DNA of 48,543 bases from a virus, in IMG/VR virus record IMGVR_UViG_3300045988_164290, positions 1 to 48,543 of that record, one strand, 5' to 3'. The notes under the pieces were generated by a model that worked only from the letters and a program-made list of their open reading frames with translations, had not been told where the DNA came from and ran no database searches. The position numbers were made by a program, and so were the translations under genes. Every line of letters starts with the position of its first letter. Position 1 is the first letter of the stretch. Positions 23,970-34,694 of this stretch are shown in pieces.

Positions 23970-24284
23970 ATGGACACTATAAAAATAAATGGCACAGAGT
24001 ATGCTTTAAAGAAAATTAAGTTTTCGGGTATGTTAAAACTCGAACAATTAGGTCTCAGTTTAAGCAAATTAGAGAATATTAACGATTGCGTATTTGAAAC
24101 GCTTACGTCACTTGCGGCGTTCGTAATGAATTGCACTCCTGAAAAGGCGGCGGCTGAAATAGACGCTCACCTTGAAAAAGGCGGCAGTTTTAACGACCTT
24201 ACACCGCTTATCGAAATGCTTACAAAATCACCTTTTTTTACGGGAATGAGCCACACGGCAACGGAAGCGGTGGCACAGCAGTAA
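23970..24284 (+). CDS. tail assembly chaperone (gpG analogue)
   Basis: Position before the tape measure gene; slippery site near its 3' end. Confidence 0.65.
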   Translation: MDTIKINGTEYALKKIKFSGMLKLEQLGLSLSKLENINDCVFETLTSLAAFVMNCTPEKAAAEIDAHLEKGGSFNDLTPLIEMLTKSPFFTGMSHTATEAVAQQ

Positions 24285-24643
24285 AACTAACAAGCAAATA
24301 TTCTTCCATAGAGGAATGGTTACGGTCTGAATGGTTGTATCACGCCTTAGTTATCGGCGTTCCCGAACAAATTTTTTGGGGGCAAGACCCGAAAACCTTA
24401 GAGGTTTATTTTAAGGCGTATGAAAAACGCAGGCAGATTGATATACAAGACCAATGGCGGCAAGGTTTGTATTTTGCAAATGCAATCGCAAGCACGATTT
24501 ATTTTGGCAAAGGAACGCCGCCCAAATATCCCGATATGCCATTTCAAGAAGAAAACGAAAGTGGTATTACGGAAGAAGAATTGCAAAAAGAACGAGCAAA
24601 ATTTTATAGTGCTTTGCTTATGAGAGCAAAAGGACGGCAGTAG
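23970..24643 (+). CDS. tail assembly chaperone frameshift product (gpGT analogue, ~224 aa)
   Basis: The -1 frame joins the 24335..24643 track ORF with no intervening stop, checked codon by codon. Confidence 0.55.
24233..24239 (+). promoter_or_regulatory. -1 programmed frameshift slippery heptamer T TTT TTT
   Basis: The zero frame reads CCT TTT TTT ACG. The -1 frame from 24239 (TAC GGG AAT...) is open for 134 codons, to 24643. Confidence 0.6.
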
Positions 24644-24644
24644 T

Positions 24645-26459
24645 ATGGAAAACAATATCGACAAGTTACAACTGGATATTTCTGTAACGGGAAATGCGGC
24701 AAGTAGTGCAAAAGATATTAACAACCTCGCTACTGCCATTTCTAATTTACAGAGCAAAATAGGCAAAACATTTGAAACTTCGGGAATAAATAAAATATCT
24801 TCCGAAATTAAAAATGTAAAAGTTTCGCTTGACGGGCTTTCAACCGCTTCGCTGATAAAAATAGCCGATGACCAAGAAATAAGAAAAGGCAAAAAGTTGA
24901 GCGAACTTCTTGCGGATATTCAAGACAAATATAACGCAATAATAAAACAAGGCGGTAAACTCACAGAGGCACAAACAAAAGATTTTGAAGAAGCACAAAA
25001 AGCATTACTCGAAATTTATACGGGGCAAAGGAAAGACGTCGCCGTAAAACCGCCTAAAACTCAAAAATCAAAAAAGATAATTAAAGACGGCGAAAAGGAA
25101 AAGGACAATAAGAAAGAAGACAAAAGAGATAAATCAAGGCTGGCTGCCGCTATAAAAAGAATATCTATTTATAGAGCAATAAGAGCAGTAATAAGACAAA
25201 TTGCTGTTTCTGTAAAAGAGGGAATAGAGGCAGTAGCCGAAGTTTCTCCGACTTTTGGAAAAACCTTAAACGAAATTAACGGAAAACTAATGCAAGTTAA
25301 AGCGAGCATTGGTGTTATTTCAACAGGGATTTTACAAATGCTGGCTCCTGCCTTTGGTTCGTTTTCTGATAAGTTTGCAGATATAGCAAACAAAATATCG
25401 CTGGCAAATGCGGTATTAAATAAAAATGAAAAATACGTTTCAGTAAATACGCAGGCGTGGGCAAAATATAAAAAAGCAATTAACGGAGCATTGCTTTCGT
25501 TCGATACCTTTACGACTTTAAATGCCGAAATGTCTTTGTCGGACTTTATGGACGAAAAAGCGGTTTCAGAAACCACAAAAGATGAACAAGAGGCTGCATT
25601 AAATTTACAAAGTACAATAAAAGGCGTTATTGATACTGTAAAAACACTTGCAACAGCATTAACCGATATTGTTAGTGGGATAATAGTTCCTATTATAAAT
25701 TCGGGCGTTGTATTGTGGCTAACACAGGTTACGGCAGAGATTATTACAGTTTTAAATAATATCGGGCTTTTAAAAGGTGTTGTATTATCAATTATTGCCT
25801 TGAAAGTAGTAAGCGGCATTGCAAAAGTTGCAAGTGGGATAAAAATAGTCGTAAGCGGCATTGCAAAAGTTGCTTTAATGTTAGCAACAAGTTTAAACCC
25901 GGCAGTCAGTTTGTTGGCGGCAACAATAGCATATATCGCAGGTTATACAATAACTCAATCTCTTTTTGCAACGCTTTCGGAAGATGGGAAAAAAGCGGCA
26001 AGCATTATAGGAATTGTTACAGGATCTGCAATGGCTCTGTTGGCTGTTCTTATTGGCATAAAAGGAACTATGTCCGCTGGGCTTATGGCGATTTCTGCTG
26101 CGGGGATAGGCATTGCTTTGGCAAGCGTACAGCAGGCAATAAATTCATTTTCAGTAAAGAAATATGCAAATGGCGGAATAATGGAAGGTGCTGGAACACT
26201 TTATTCACTTGCAGGCGAAAGCGGTGCGGAAATTGTCGCCCAAGGCTCGCAAGGCACAGGCGTGGCAAATGTTAAGCAAATTGCTGAGGCTGTCTATCAG
26301 GGGCAAATGCGCGCGTTTATTGACTATAACGCCGCTCGTGGAGATATGAGCGGAATGTCTTTTGACGTTGACGGATATAGGCTTGGGCAAATGGTAGCAA
26401 GGAACGACGGTTTTATTAACGCTGTTAGACAAAAAAATCCGACGTTAAATTTTAGGTGA
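24645..26459 (+). CDS. tape measure protein
   Basis: 604 aa after the G/GT pair; coiled-coil N-half and repeated hydrophobic GIAKVASGIKIVVSGIAKVAL segments. Confidence 0.7.
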   Translation: MENNIDKLQLDISVTGNAASSAKDINNLATAISNLQSKIGKTFETSGINKISSEIKNVKVSLDGLSTASLIKIADDQEIRKGKKLSELLADIQDKYNAIIKQGGKLTEAQTKDFEEAQKALLEIYTGQRKDVAVKPPKTQKSKKIIKDGEKEKDNKKEDKRDKSRLAAAIKRISIYRAIRAVIRQIAVSVKEGIEAVAEVSPTFGKTLNEINGKLMQVKASIGVISTGILQMLAPAFGSFSDKFADIANKISLANAVLNKNEKYVSVNTQAWAKYKKAINGALLSFDTFTTLNAEMSLSDFMDEKAVSETTKDEQEAALNLQSTIKGVIDTVKTLATALTDIVSGIIVPIINSGVVLWLTQVTAEIITVLNNIGLLKGVVLSIIALKVVSGIAKVASGIKIVVSGIAKVALMLATSLNPAVSLLAATIAYIAGYTITQSLFATLSEDGKKAASIIGIVTGSAMALLAVLIGIKGTMSAGLMAISAAGIGIALASVQQAINSFSVKKYANGGIMEGAGTLYSLAGESGAEIVAQGSQGTGVANVKQIAEAVYQGQMRAFIDYNAARGDMSGMSFDVDGYRLGQMVARNDGFINAVRQKNPTLNFR

Positions 26460-26463
26460 GAAT

Positions 26464-27966
26464 ATGAGCGTATGGTTCGATTATAATAATAAGCCCGAAT
26501 ATCAAATGTGGGTTTTTAAGGAAAATCAAGAACAAACAAGAGGTGAAGTAAAACTTAGAAGATATAAAGACGGTAAGTTTGTCGTGACGGGAAAGGCGAC
26601 CCAAAATAAATTTTTCACATTGTCTCGCACAGTTTTTAAAAAGGGGAAATATTTAGTAAAAATTAAAAGAGACCTTTTTGAAAGTTCAACATCTGGGTTG
26701 TTGATTTACCTTGTAACACAGCCGTCTCAAAAAGAGTTGTATTTTCAAAATTCTGTACAAAACGATTTATTTTCGTACAATGCTCAAACTGGAATATTTG
26801 AAATTTACGAAGATACGCAATGTTTGATAAGTCTTGCAGTATACAAAGGATATAACAGCGAAAATTTATTTTACAAAACATTTGAAGTCAATATAAACAA
26901 AATCGACACAAATAATGTTGAGTTTGGTGTTGAGAAACTACATAATTATGCAAATCTTAATTATACTGTCGGTGGTATTACGATAAAATCTGTTTTAGGC
27001 GAAAACTCATTTACTATTACAGGCGGAACGACAACGGCTTATATTGAATTACGCATTTCAGACCAAACACTTTTTAAAAAAGGCAAATATTACTTTGACG
27101 TAAAAAGTTCGGGAAACGTTTTAAATGTCAACGAAAATAGAATTGCTCCATATATTGCAATATTTTCAACGGACGGGACAGAAGTAGGGCAAATTGCAAA
27201 CAGAGGTGGCGGCATAATTGAAGTTCCTTTTGATTTTACCGCAATCGTGTTTTTTATGATCCCCGAGATAGGCACAACTGTTATTGCTGATACAATAGAA
27301 TGGCATTTTTACAAACTTAGCGACCTTAACACAATTTACATAAGCGGTGCGGGCTATGTAGATTATCCGTTTAGAAACATTGACCGAGAAAGTCAACTTG
27401 GGTGGGATGCTCCCGTATGGGGATCGAGCCTAAAACGAACGCTTGGCTTTACACTTGAAACAGTAGACAGTGCGGCGTTTGGTGCGGTTGCGAGAGTTGA
27501 ACTTAACCTTAAATATTTAAACAGCGAAGATTATAAAGCCCTTGCTGATATGTCAAAAGAGCGAGCCGTTTATGTCACTTACTTCAACCGAGAGACTGGC
27601 AAGTGGGTAGAACGGCAAGAAATGTCGTTTACTTCGCAAGAAATTGAGAAGTTGTATGCGACAAACACAAATTATGTTGGCGTTTTCAATACCAAAATCA
27701 AACTCGTAGCGACAAATCGTGACAAGGCTGAAAAAACTTACACGATTAAACTTAACAGCAATTACACGGGCAGTACGGAAGCCGCTGTTGTGGCAACGGC
27801 TAACTGGTGCGAGGGATTTGAGTTGTCAGATGATGTTTTTACGCAAAGCGGCAAATCAATAAAATATTGGAGTACAACTGCCGACACTTTGGGCGGAAAA
27901 ACATATTTGGCAAATTCGCTTCTGACTGTTACTGACGATTTGGAGTTGTATGCAATATGGGAGTAA
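26464..27966 (+). CDS. distal tail protein-like, with inserted beta-sandwich repeats and a C-terminal Listeria-Bacteroides repeat-like domain
   Basis: Position after the tape measure gene. KKGKY(L/Y) is duplicated. The C-terminus reads YTIKLNSNYTGS...GKSIKYWSTT...DLELYAIWE. Confidence 0.45.
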   Translation: MSVWFDYNNKPEYQMWVFKENQEQTRGEVKLRRYKDGKFVVTGKATQNKFFTLSRTVFKKGKYLVKIKRDLFESSTSGLLIYLVTQPSQKELYFQNSVQNDLFSYNAQTGIFEIYEDTQCLISLAVYKGYNSENLFYKTFEVNINKIDTNNVEFGVEKLHNYANLNYTVGGITIKSVLGENSFTITGGTTTAYIELRISDQTLFKKGKYYFDVKSSGNVLNVNENRIAPYIAIFSTDGTEVGQIANRGGGIIEVPFDFTAIVFFMIPEIGTTVIADTIEWHFYKLSDLNTIYISGAGYVDYPFRNIDRESQLGWDAPVWGSSLKRTLGFTLETVDSAAFGAVARVELNLKYLNSEDYKALADMSKERAVYVTYFNRETGKWVERQEMSFTSQEIEKLYATNTNYVGVFNTKIKLVATNRDKAEKTYTIKLNSNYTGSTEAAVVATANWCEGFELSDDVFTQSGKSIKYWSTTADTLGGKTYLANSLLTVTDDLELYAIWE

Positions 27967-30026
27967 TGGTTTCTTTATCAACCGTAACAGGTGATAATAT
28001 TTATATAACAAAACATAACGGGCTTAAATCTTTCGAGTTTACTGAAAATATGACAAATTCCGCAACAGAACCTTTTTGCGGAGTAGTCTCAAATAGCGGA
28101 AGAATAATTATTGAAGATAAAAATTTAATACTTAAAAACGCTATTATAAATAATGTGTTGCAAAAATCGGGTTTTGAGGTTATAATAGGAAATTATGATA
28201 ACGGTTGGAAACCCAAATACTGCACAATGCATGCAAAAAAAAGCGATTATTCGGAAGATAATACCTATACAATAGAAATTGCAGATACAATTTCCAAATG
28301 GACTGATGTAAATTTTAATGGAATAAACTATATTGATAGAGAGGGAGTAGCAAATCTATACGAACTGTTGTATTCTTGTCTAAGCAATTACGGTTATTCT
28401 GATATTGCTGAGGACTTAAAAAATAGTACTGATGTATATTATTTCCCGAAATCGGATGGCACTTTTTTTGAAAGCACAGTTCCGAATTATTTAAAAAAAA
28501 TATACATTCCGTATACATTTTTAGATAAAACTTCATTTTATGATGCAATAACAAAAATATGTAAAGCCGCATTGCTTGTATGTTACAATACAAGAAGTGG
28601 GCAGGTTGTTTTTGTTCCGGCTATTGCAAAATGGAAATCAAAATTTTATGGGTTTTTAACTAATAAAAACTTTGCAGAGGAACCATTCAAAGATGTTATT
28701 ATAAATAATGTTTATGATAAAGTTTCTGTTTTGGCAAAAAATGCAAAAGAAACTCTTGAATATGCAACAAATGTCAACACAGCAAACGAAACAGTAAACA
28801 ATTATTCTATTTATAGCGACGCAAATGACGCTTATGCAGAAGAAAGATATAAATTTAATACATCAAATCATTCTCCAACATCGAGTTTATATACTTATTC
28901 AGCCGCTATTGCCGTAAATTCAAGGTTTTATCATACATTTAATATAATAATTCCGAAATATGACAATAATTATGCTCAGGAAAACTTAGATGTATTTTAT
29001 GGAATGAATCAAGATGAAACGCCTAAAATAGGTGTTTATGTAAAAGGCAAAAAACAAGTATGGAATACTTATGTAGGAGTTGAAATTGGCGGCAAAGATG
29101 CAAGTAAAATCCAAATTCAATCAGGAACTCAACCAACAGCATACATTACAGTTCCAACTCTTATTTTTGGAGACGAAAACCTAACGGTTAATGACTCATA
29201 TAATGAGCAGTTTACAACAAATGATGTTATTAAAAACGGGAAAGAACTTTGGAAAGAAGAAATAACGCAAAAAGGACATCCGACAACTTGGAGTGACGAT
29301 AATATTGCGGCAACTGTTGCAACGTCATTTATTCAGGCTGATGGAAGAAGTTCTTTAAATCCAATCATACAAACCGTAAAGACATCAAAGCCAACACGAA
29401 CTGCTGACGGCGGCTGGCAGTTTAGTTTGACTTGCGTATTAGGCGGAGATACACTACTATGTGCGACAGGAAGGAACCCCGAAAATTATTCAATATCAAC
29501 GCCTCCTGGACAATACTGGCGATGTGCAAGAACATTATATACCCCTGTTTCAATAGAATTTTCATTTAATGGAACAAAAAAGGTTATATCGCTTGAAGAT
29601 AAATATGTTTCAAGCGGCACAGGAACAACGAATGTTTATTTAATTAACGGCGAAAGTTCGTTATTGTCGAAAAACTCGCACATAAAAATAGATGGCGAGC
29701 AAAACGACACAAACCTTGCACAATATATTGCAAATTCCGTATACAATCATTACAAGGCAAACGGAAAACATACTATAACATTATCAATCGTAAACGGAAA
29801 AATTAAAGGGGAATATAAAGAGGGTTCTGAAATAATTACGATAGATTATATTCCTTGGGGATTTATAAAGTATGCCGATAATACCCTAAGACAACACAGA
29901 GACATAATTCGATGTAATGGTCGTTTTAATGTTAAAGGTGTAGATGAAAATATATATCGTTGTGTATCAGTATCAACTTCATACGACGGACAACTTTCGC
30001 AAAGAGTAATATTACAAGAAGAATAA
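27957..30026 (+). CDS. tail-associated / baseplate hub protein (Tal-like)
   Basis: 689 aa; the call rests on position only. Confidence 0.4.
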   Translation: MGVMVSLSTVTGDNIYITKHNGLKSFEFTENMTNSATEPFCGVVSNSGRIIIEDKNLILKNAIINNVLQKSGFEVIIGNYDNGWKPKYCTMHAKKSDYSEDNTYTIEIADTISKWTDVNFNGINYIDREGVANLYELLYSCLSNYGYSDIAEDLKNSTDVYYFPKSDGTFFESTVPNYLKKIYIPYTFLDKTSFYDAITKICKAALLVCYNTRSGQVVFVPAIAKWKSKFYGFLTNKNFAEEPFKDVIINNVYDKVSVLAKNAKETLEYATNVNTANETVNNYSIYSDANDAYAEERYKFNTSNHSPTSSLYTYSAAIAVNSRFYHTFNIIIPKYDNNYAQENLDVFYGMNQDETPKIGVYVKGKKQVWNTYVGVEIGGKDASKIQIQSGTQPTAYITVPTLIFGDENLTVNDSYNEQFTTNDVIKNGKELWKEEITQKGHPTTWSDDNIAATVATSFIQADGRSSLNPIIQTVKTSKPTRTADGGWQFSLTCVLGGDTLLCATGRNPENYSISTPPGQYWRCARTLYTPVSIEFSFNGTKKVISLEDKYVSSGTGTTNVYLINGESSLLSKNSHIKIDGEQNDTNLAQYIANSVYNHYKANGKHTITLSIVNGKIKGEYKEGSEIITIDYIPWGFIKYADNTLRQHRDIIRCNGRFNVKGVDENIYRCVSVSTSYDGQLSQRVILQEE

Positions 30027-30038
30027 AAGGAGCAAAAA

Positions 30039-32225
30039 ATGGCTACAATAGAAATAATCGATAGCGGTTTAGAAAAATACTCGCTTAAAAGCGATACAAA
30101 CGTTTTAGGGCGTATGTATGACAATAACGCCGAAGCGGTTGATATTATTATACCCGAAGCCGAGGCTGAAAGCGTTTGTTACGCAAACGTAATGTCTTGC
30201 GACGGCGAAGTGATTGACCGTATAAAAATCGAAAACAACTCATTGCCTATATCGAGCAATTTAACGCAGTATTGCGAGATTTATATCGGCTTTTCGTTTA
30301 TTCGCCCCGACGATACGGAAAAGCAAAGCGAACAGTTGAAATTCGGTTTTTTGTATGCCATTAAACCTAAGGACTTTACGCCCGAACAGTCCGACACCGA
30401 AAAAGCACTCGCAAAACTTATGGCAAGCGGGTTCATAAAACTCATTCAAGACGGCAATACAGTTAAATTTTACAACTGGAAAGATATTGTTGTCGGCACA
30501 ATTCATTACCAAGGCATAAAAGGCTTCAAAATCGTGGATGAATTGCCGACTGAAAATATTGACCCGCAAATAATCTATCTTGTAAAAGAAACAGTAGGCG
30601 AAGAATACGATTACTACAATGAGTATATTTATGTGGACGGGAAATGGGAATTGCTCGGGTCAACCCGAATTGATTTGAGCAACTACTATACGAAAGAGCA
30701 AGTTGATAAAATTATCGAGACTTTAACGGGCATTTTCAATGAAAAGGTTGATATTATCAACAAAAACATTGACAAAAAGTTTGACAAGATAGGCGGTACT
30801 GTAACGGGCGATGTGGTTGTTGGTGGAAACTTTACCGTTCAGGGCAAAACTACGACCGTAGACAGCGAAACTTTGCGTGTAGCCGACAAACTTATTGAGG
30901 TGGGCAAAGGCAACACAGCACCGCTAACTTCGCCCGCAGGGCTTTTTACGCCGAAATATGACGGGCAAAATAACGGTGGCATTGTTTATGATAATACAGG
31001 AACGGCTTATGTCGGAGATATTGTATTTGATAAAAACGGAAACGTTGATGTCGCAAAAAGTAATTTGCAGCCGATCGCAACAAGAGAAAATGCGGCAAGT
31101 TTTGAAGATAAGCATTTGCCCGTATGGGATAAAAATAATCAGCGATTAGCAGACAGCGATTATACTCCCGATGATTTTGTTGACTTGAAAACGCAACAGT
31201 CGATTGCGGGAATGAAAACGTTTACTGATGAAGTTCATTTCGGTACAACTCATTTCAGCAAAGACTTAAATGTCGATAATGCGGCGGTTAAGATATTCGA
31301 CAACCTGAAAGATTTAGTAACGCAATACAAGGCAGACAGTATCGTTATCGACAACGGCACAGGTTCATCGGCAGTTCAATATGTATTGACTTTACCGAAA
31401 AAGACGGGTATGTTGTTGTTAGATTTGTTTAAGTTTTCACAATTCGGAACGTCGAATGACGGTGATAATTGGACGCTTAACGACAGTACAAAGAACTTAG
31501 AAATTAAATATCAAGACGCAAATTCTCATTCGGGTTTACAGATTGAGAAAGATTATATCGAGTTGTCTGACATCAACGGAACAGGCACGGCAAAGATAAG
31601 TTTAGCGTCAAACATTCTCAGCCTTGACTCGGAAGATAAAGAGGGAAATCACAAACTCGTTAGAATATCTCCCGCCAAAGTAAGTATAGGAAACGGAACG
31701 GATGCGTTTTTAGTTGAAATCGACTCGTTGAGTACGAAGTTTAACAATCGTCCTCAGGTCAAAGATAACGGCAATTATGTAAACGTTGCATTGGTCGATG
31801 ATTTAAACAACTACGTTGCAAGTCAGAGCGAATCGGCGGATAAATATTATGCACAGATAACAAATGAAAATGGCATAATATCGGCGAGGATATTTAAGAA
31901 CGGCGAAGCGGACGTACAAAATTTAATCATCAGTAAAGACGGCGTTACGGTATTAGGAAAGAATGTTGCGAATACCGAACAAGTTGACGGCAAAGTTGAT
32001 AAATTGGCGGCTTCGCTCAGAAATCAAGCATACGTTCGTAACGCAAACGGCGAAGACAGCGGACTTGCATATACTTATACCGACGAAGGCAATACGTTGG
32101 CACTTAGAAATGCAAGTGGTCAGTTGCAAGTCAGCGACCCATCGCAAGATAAAGACGCAACGAATAAATCTTATGCTGATAACTTAAATGCTCGTTACGT
32201 CTCGACCTCGATATTAGGAGGCTAA
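30039..32225 (+). CDS. tail fibre protein
   Basis: ...KIGGTVTGDVVVGGNFTVQGKTTTVDSETLRVADKLIEV... is typical of phage fibre shafts. Confidence 0.55.
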   Translation: MATIEIIDSGLEKYSLKSDTNVLGRMYDNNAEAVDIIIPEAEAESVCYANVMSCDGEVIDRIKIENNSLPISSNLTQYCEIYIGFSFIRPDDTEKQSEQLKFGFLYAIKPKDFTPEQSDTEKALAKLMASGFIKLIQDGNTVKFYNWKDIVVGTIHYQGIKGFKIVDELPTENIDPQIIYLVKETVGEEYDYYNEYIYVDGKWELLGSTRIDLSNYYTKEQVDKIIETLTGIFNEKVDIINKNIDKKFDKIGGTVTGDVVVGGNFTVQGKTTTVDSETLRVADKLIEVGKGNTAPLTSPAGLFTPKYDGQNNGGIVYDNTGTAYVGDIVFDKNGNVDVAKSNLQPIATRENAASFEDKHLPVWDKNNQRLADSDYTPDDFVDLKTQQSIAGMKTFTDEVHFGTTHFSKDLNVDNAAVKIFDNLKDLVTQYKADSIVIDNGTGSSAVQYVLTLPKKTGMLLLDLFKFSQFGTSNDGDNWTLNDSTKNLEIKYQDANSHSGLQIEKDYIELSDINGTGTAKISLASNILSLDSEDKEGNHKLVRISPAKVSIGNGTDAFLVEIDSLSTKFNNRPQVKDNGNYVNVALVDDLNNYVASQSESADKYYAQITNENGIISARIFKNGEADVQNLIISKDGVTVLGKNVANTEQVDGKVDKLAASLRNQAYVRNANGEDSGLAYTYTDEGNTLALRNASGQLQVSDPSQDKDATNKSYADNLNARYVSTSILGG

Positions 32226-32226
32226 T

Positions 32227-33654
32227 ATGATAAAAAGCATTTTAGGTGGAAAGAGTAAGAATTTATGCGATCTTGCTTATTTACTTACATTACCACTTGA
32301 TAAAACGTTTAACAGTCAAGGATTTTGGCGAGTTTTCATCAATGCGGAGCCGAATACTACGTACACATTTAGTCGAGAAAATTCAAATCAAATAACAGAG
32401 TTTGGGAATTCTTATTTAGCAATAAGTACGTACGATGATATTATGCATAATTATTGGTTAAGTCATGGCTTGGTACCAGTTCTTAACTATAAATCGACAA
32501 CATTGACAACAAGTTCAGATGGTAAATTGTGGATATTGTTCAATGAGAACTTTTATAAGAATTACTGGCAAAAAAACCTAAACCCATTTGGTTATATCCA
32601 GCTCGAACTTGGTTCAACTGCTACTGAATATGTTCCTCACGAACTAACCTCGTATAAGAGTATAATGAAAGTAAGTGACGTATGTCAGTTAGTTGATAAA
32701 AGTAAGTTTACGGCAAGTGGCACAACAAATGGTATAACGTGGGTTAGTAATGGTGACGGAAGCATTACGTTAAATGGAACCTGCACGTATGGATTTGCAT
32801 TTAATCCATTTAATCAAGGAATTCCTGTTGATCAAACGCACTTCTATTATGTAAGTCCTTATATATCAATAAATTATAGTGTGAATAAAGATGGAACAGA
32901 TGAAACAGGACATATCGCGTTTATTAGAACATCGGCACATCCTACCAAATTCAATACTGTATTTTATATATGGATTGACAAAGATAAATCATTTTCAAAT
33001 GTAACCACATTTATCAATATAGACGACCTCACCGAAATGTTTGGAGCAGGAAACGAACCTAAAACCGTTGCCGAGTTCAAAGCGAAATTCCCGAATGATT
33101 ACTACCCATATTCGCCGAGTTGTTTTGTGACGAGTTATGATGAAAGAATGCCATGCAAGACGAAGAATTTGTTTAGTTCGTCAACGGAAGTTGGAACGTT
33201 AGAAGGTGGTTTTGGTGGACCGACTGTTACGAGGAATTTTGAAGAAAATAAGTGGTATCAAGGCTTTACAACAAATGGGTATTATAGTCCAACAACTGTA
33301 TTAGATTTTGATATACGTCCAAACTCGTTGTATGTATATAGTAAAGGTGCGGGTTACGGGATGTCGAGAGCAATAAAATGTGAGTCTAATACCGACTATT
33401 TTATATCTTGTTCATATAGCCACATAAGTGGCGGTGAAGGAAATGTTTATGTCGGATATTTTGATGAAGGTGGTAATTTTATATCAAATTTAAATATGGA
33501 CAGGAAATACAAATTTGTCATTACAACACCGAGTAATTGTAAGTGGCTTATTATAAATTTTGTTACACGAGGAGTTGGTAAGGTGTATTTTTCCGACATT
33601 CAATTAGTAAAAGGCACGACGGCAACAGATTACGTTCCATACGGATATGTATAA
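32227..33654 (+). CDS. tail fibre / receptor-binding accessory protein
   Basis: Two copies of the IQLE/VKG(S/T)TAT(E/D)YVP(H/Y) motif, which is common in phage receptor-binding modules. Confidence 0.4.
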   Translation: MIKSILGGKSKNLCDLAYLLTLPLDKTFNSQGFWRVFINAEPNTTYTFSRENSNQITEFGNSYLAISTYDDIMHNYWLSHGLVPVLNYKSTTLTTSSDGKLWILFNENFYKNYWQKNLNPFGYIQLELGSTATEYVPHELTSYKSIMKVSDVCQLVDKSKFTASGTTNGITWVSNGDGSITLNGTCTYGFAFNPFNQGIPVDQTHFYYVSPYISINYSVNKDGTDETGHIAFIRTSAHPTKFNTVFYIWIDKDKSFSNVTTFINIDDLTEMFGAGNEPKTVAEFKAKFPNDYYPYSPSCFVTSYDERMPCKTKNLFSSSTEVGTLEGGFGGPTVTRNFEENKWYQGFTTNGYYSPTTVLDFDIRPNSLYVYSKGAGYGMSRAIKCESNTDYFISCSYSHISGGEGNVYVGYFDEGGNFISNLNMDRKYKFVITTPSNCKWLIINFVTRGVGKVYFSDIQLVKGTTATDYVPYGYV

Positions 33655-33663
33655 GGAGATAAT

Positions 33664-34332
33664 ATGGAATTTAAGATATTTAAAAACGAAAATAGCAAAA
33701 TATTAAAAGAATATTGGCTTACTCAATCTGAATGGGACGCACTCGACAAGACGACTGTTCAAGAGGGAGATATATATCACATAGTCGGAATGATTGACAA
33801 AGGCGATTTATCAGCTGACGTGAATGCGAGTTTGGCGAAAGGAGATAGTTCGCTGCAAAAACCGACTGCAACGTTGGCGAAAGAGAGTTTTGTTAAGGTC
33901 GGAATAGACGGTACACAGAAGTTTGATGAAAGTTCGTATGTTGTTGTTCCTTCGGCAGACGGCACGGCGGGTCAAGTATTAAAGAAAACGGCAGCTGGAA
34001 CGGAGTGGGCAAATGAAAGCGGTGGCGGAAAGTTTTATAGACACAATTTAACTTGCAGCGACATAAGTAATAGTCAGGAAGTTGACATTAGTACCTATTC
34101 AACAAAACAAGAAAAGTTTACTGTTGATTATATTAAGGCACATCCAACTTGCTTAAATGGCTCAATTTCAACTGTGGTAAATGAAAACGGTCTAGAAAGT
34201 TTTGATAGACGAATTTTCCGTATTGAAGTTGACAACATTCCTCCCGCAGCCGACTTTGTAATCGAATCGGCTGGCATAACGCCAGTATCAAGGCAGTTAA
34301 AACTTACATCGGATAACGTAATCGAAGTTTAA
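33664..34332 (+). CDS. hypothetical tail-region protein
   Basis: 222-aa ORF with a GGAG RBS. Confidence 0.4.
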   Translation: MEFKIFKNENSKILKEYWLTQSEWDALDKTTVQEGDIYHIVGMIDKGDLSADVNASLAKGDSSLQKPTATLAKESFVKVGIDGTQKFDESSYVVVPSADGTAGQVLKKTAAGTEWANESGGGKFYRHNLTCSDISNSQEVDISTYSTKQEKFTVDYIKAHPTCLNGSISTVVNENGLESFDRRIFRIEVDNIPPAADFVIESAGITPVSRQLKLTSDNVIEV

Positions 34333-34358
34333 GGAAAGCAAATAAGGAGATATATATT

Positions 34359-34691
34359 ATGGGACTTACCAAACAAAACTACAAAGTAAAAGACACACCT
34401 TTCACACTTGAAAATGCGTATGCTTTAATAAAGTCAATGACAATCGAGGGCAGTTATGGCGTTGCTCATTTCGTCGTTCACGATACCAGAGAGCATTGTC
34501 TCTCGCTTAAACCGATTGAAGAGTACAACATTCCGTTCAAATTCGACAGGAACGAAAACCCGTATGTTACGGCGTACAAAAAAGCGACGGAAGGTTCGAG
34601 CGCGGTATACGTTGACCCGATAACGTTGCAAGAAAAGACTGTTGATAGTGGAATGCCGTTTTATAAGTGGTCGGACGATTTGCAGGAATAA
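34359..34691 (+). CDS. hypothetical protein, paralog of 34921..35304
   Basis: MGLTKQNYKVKD...NENPYVTAYKKA compared with MGLKTQNYKIKQ...NESPYVTAYNKA. Confidence 0.5.
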   Translation: MGLTKQNYKVKDTPFTLENAYALIKSMTIEGSYGVAHFVVHDTREHCLSLKPIEEYNIPFKFDRNENPYVTAYKKATEGSSAVYVDPITLQEKTVDSGMPFYKWSDDLQE

Positions 34692-34694
34692 AGT

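Noticed and set aside
29431-29465. TTGACT-17-TACACT promoter-like match inside the Tal-like gene, plus several other isolated TTGACA hexamers inside coding regions
   Set aside because: They lie deep inside ORFs with no downstream start or RBS. The other hexamers lack a -10 element at 16-18 bp.
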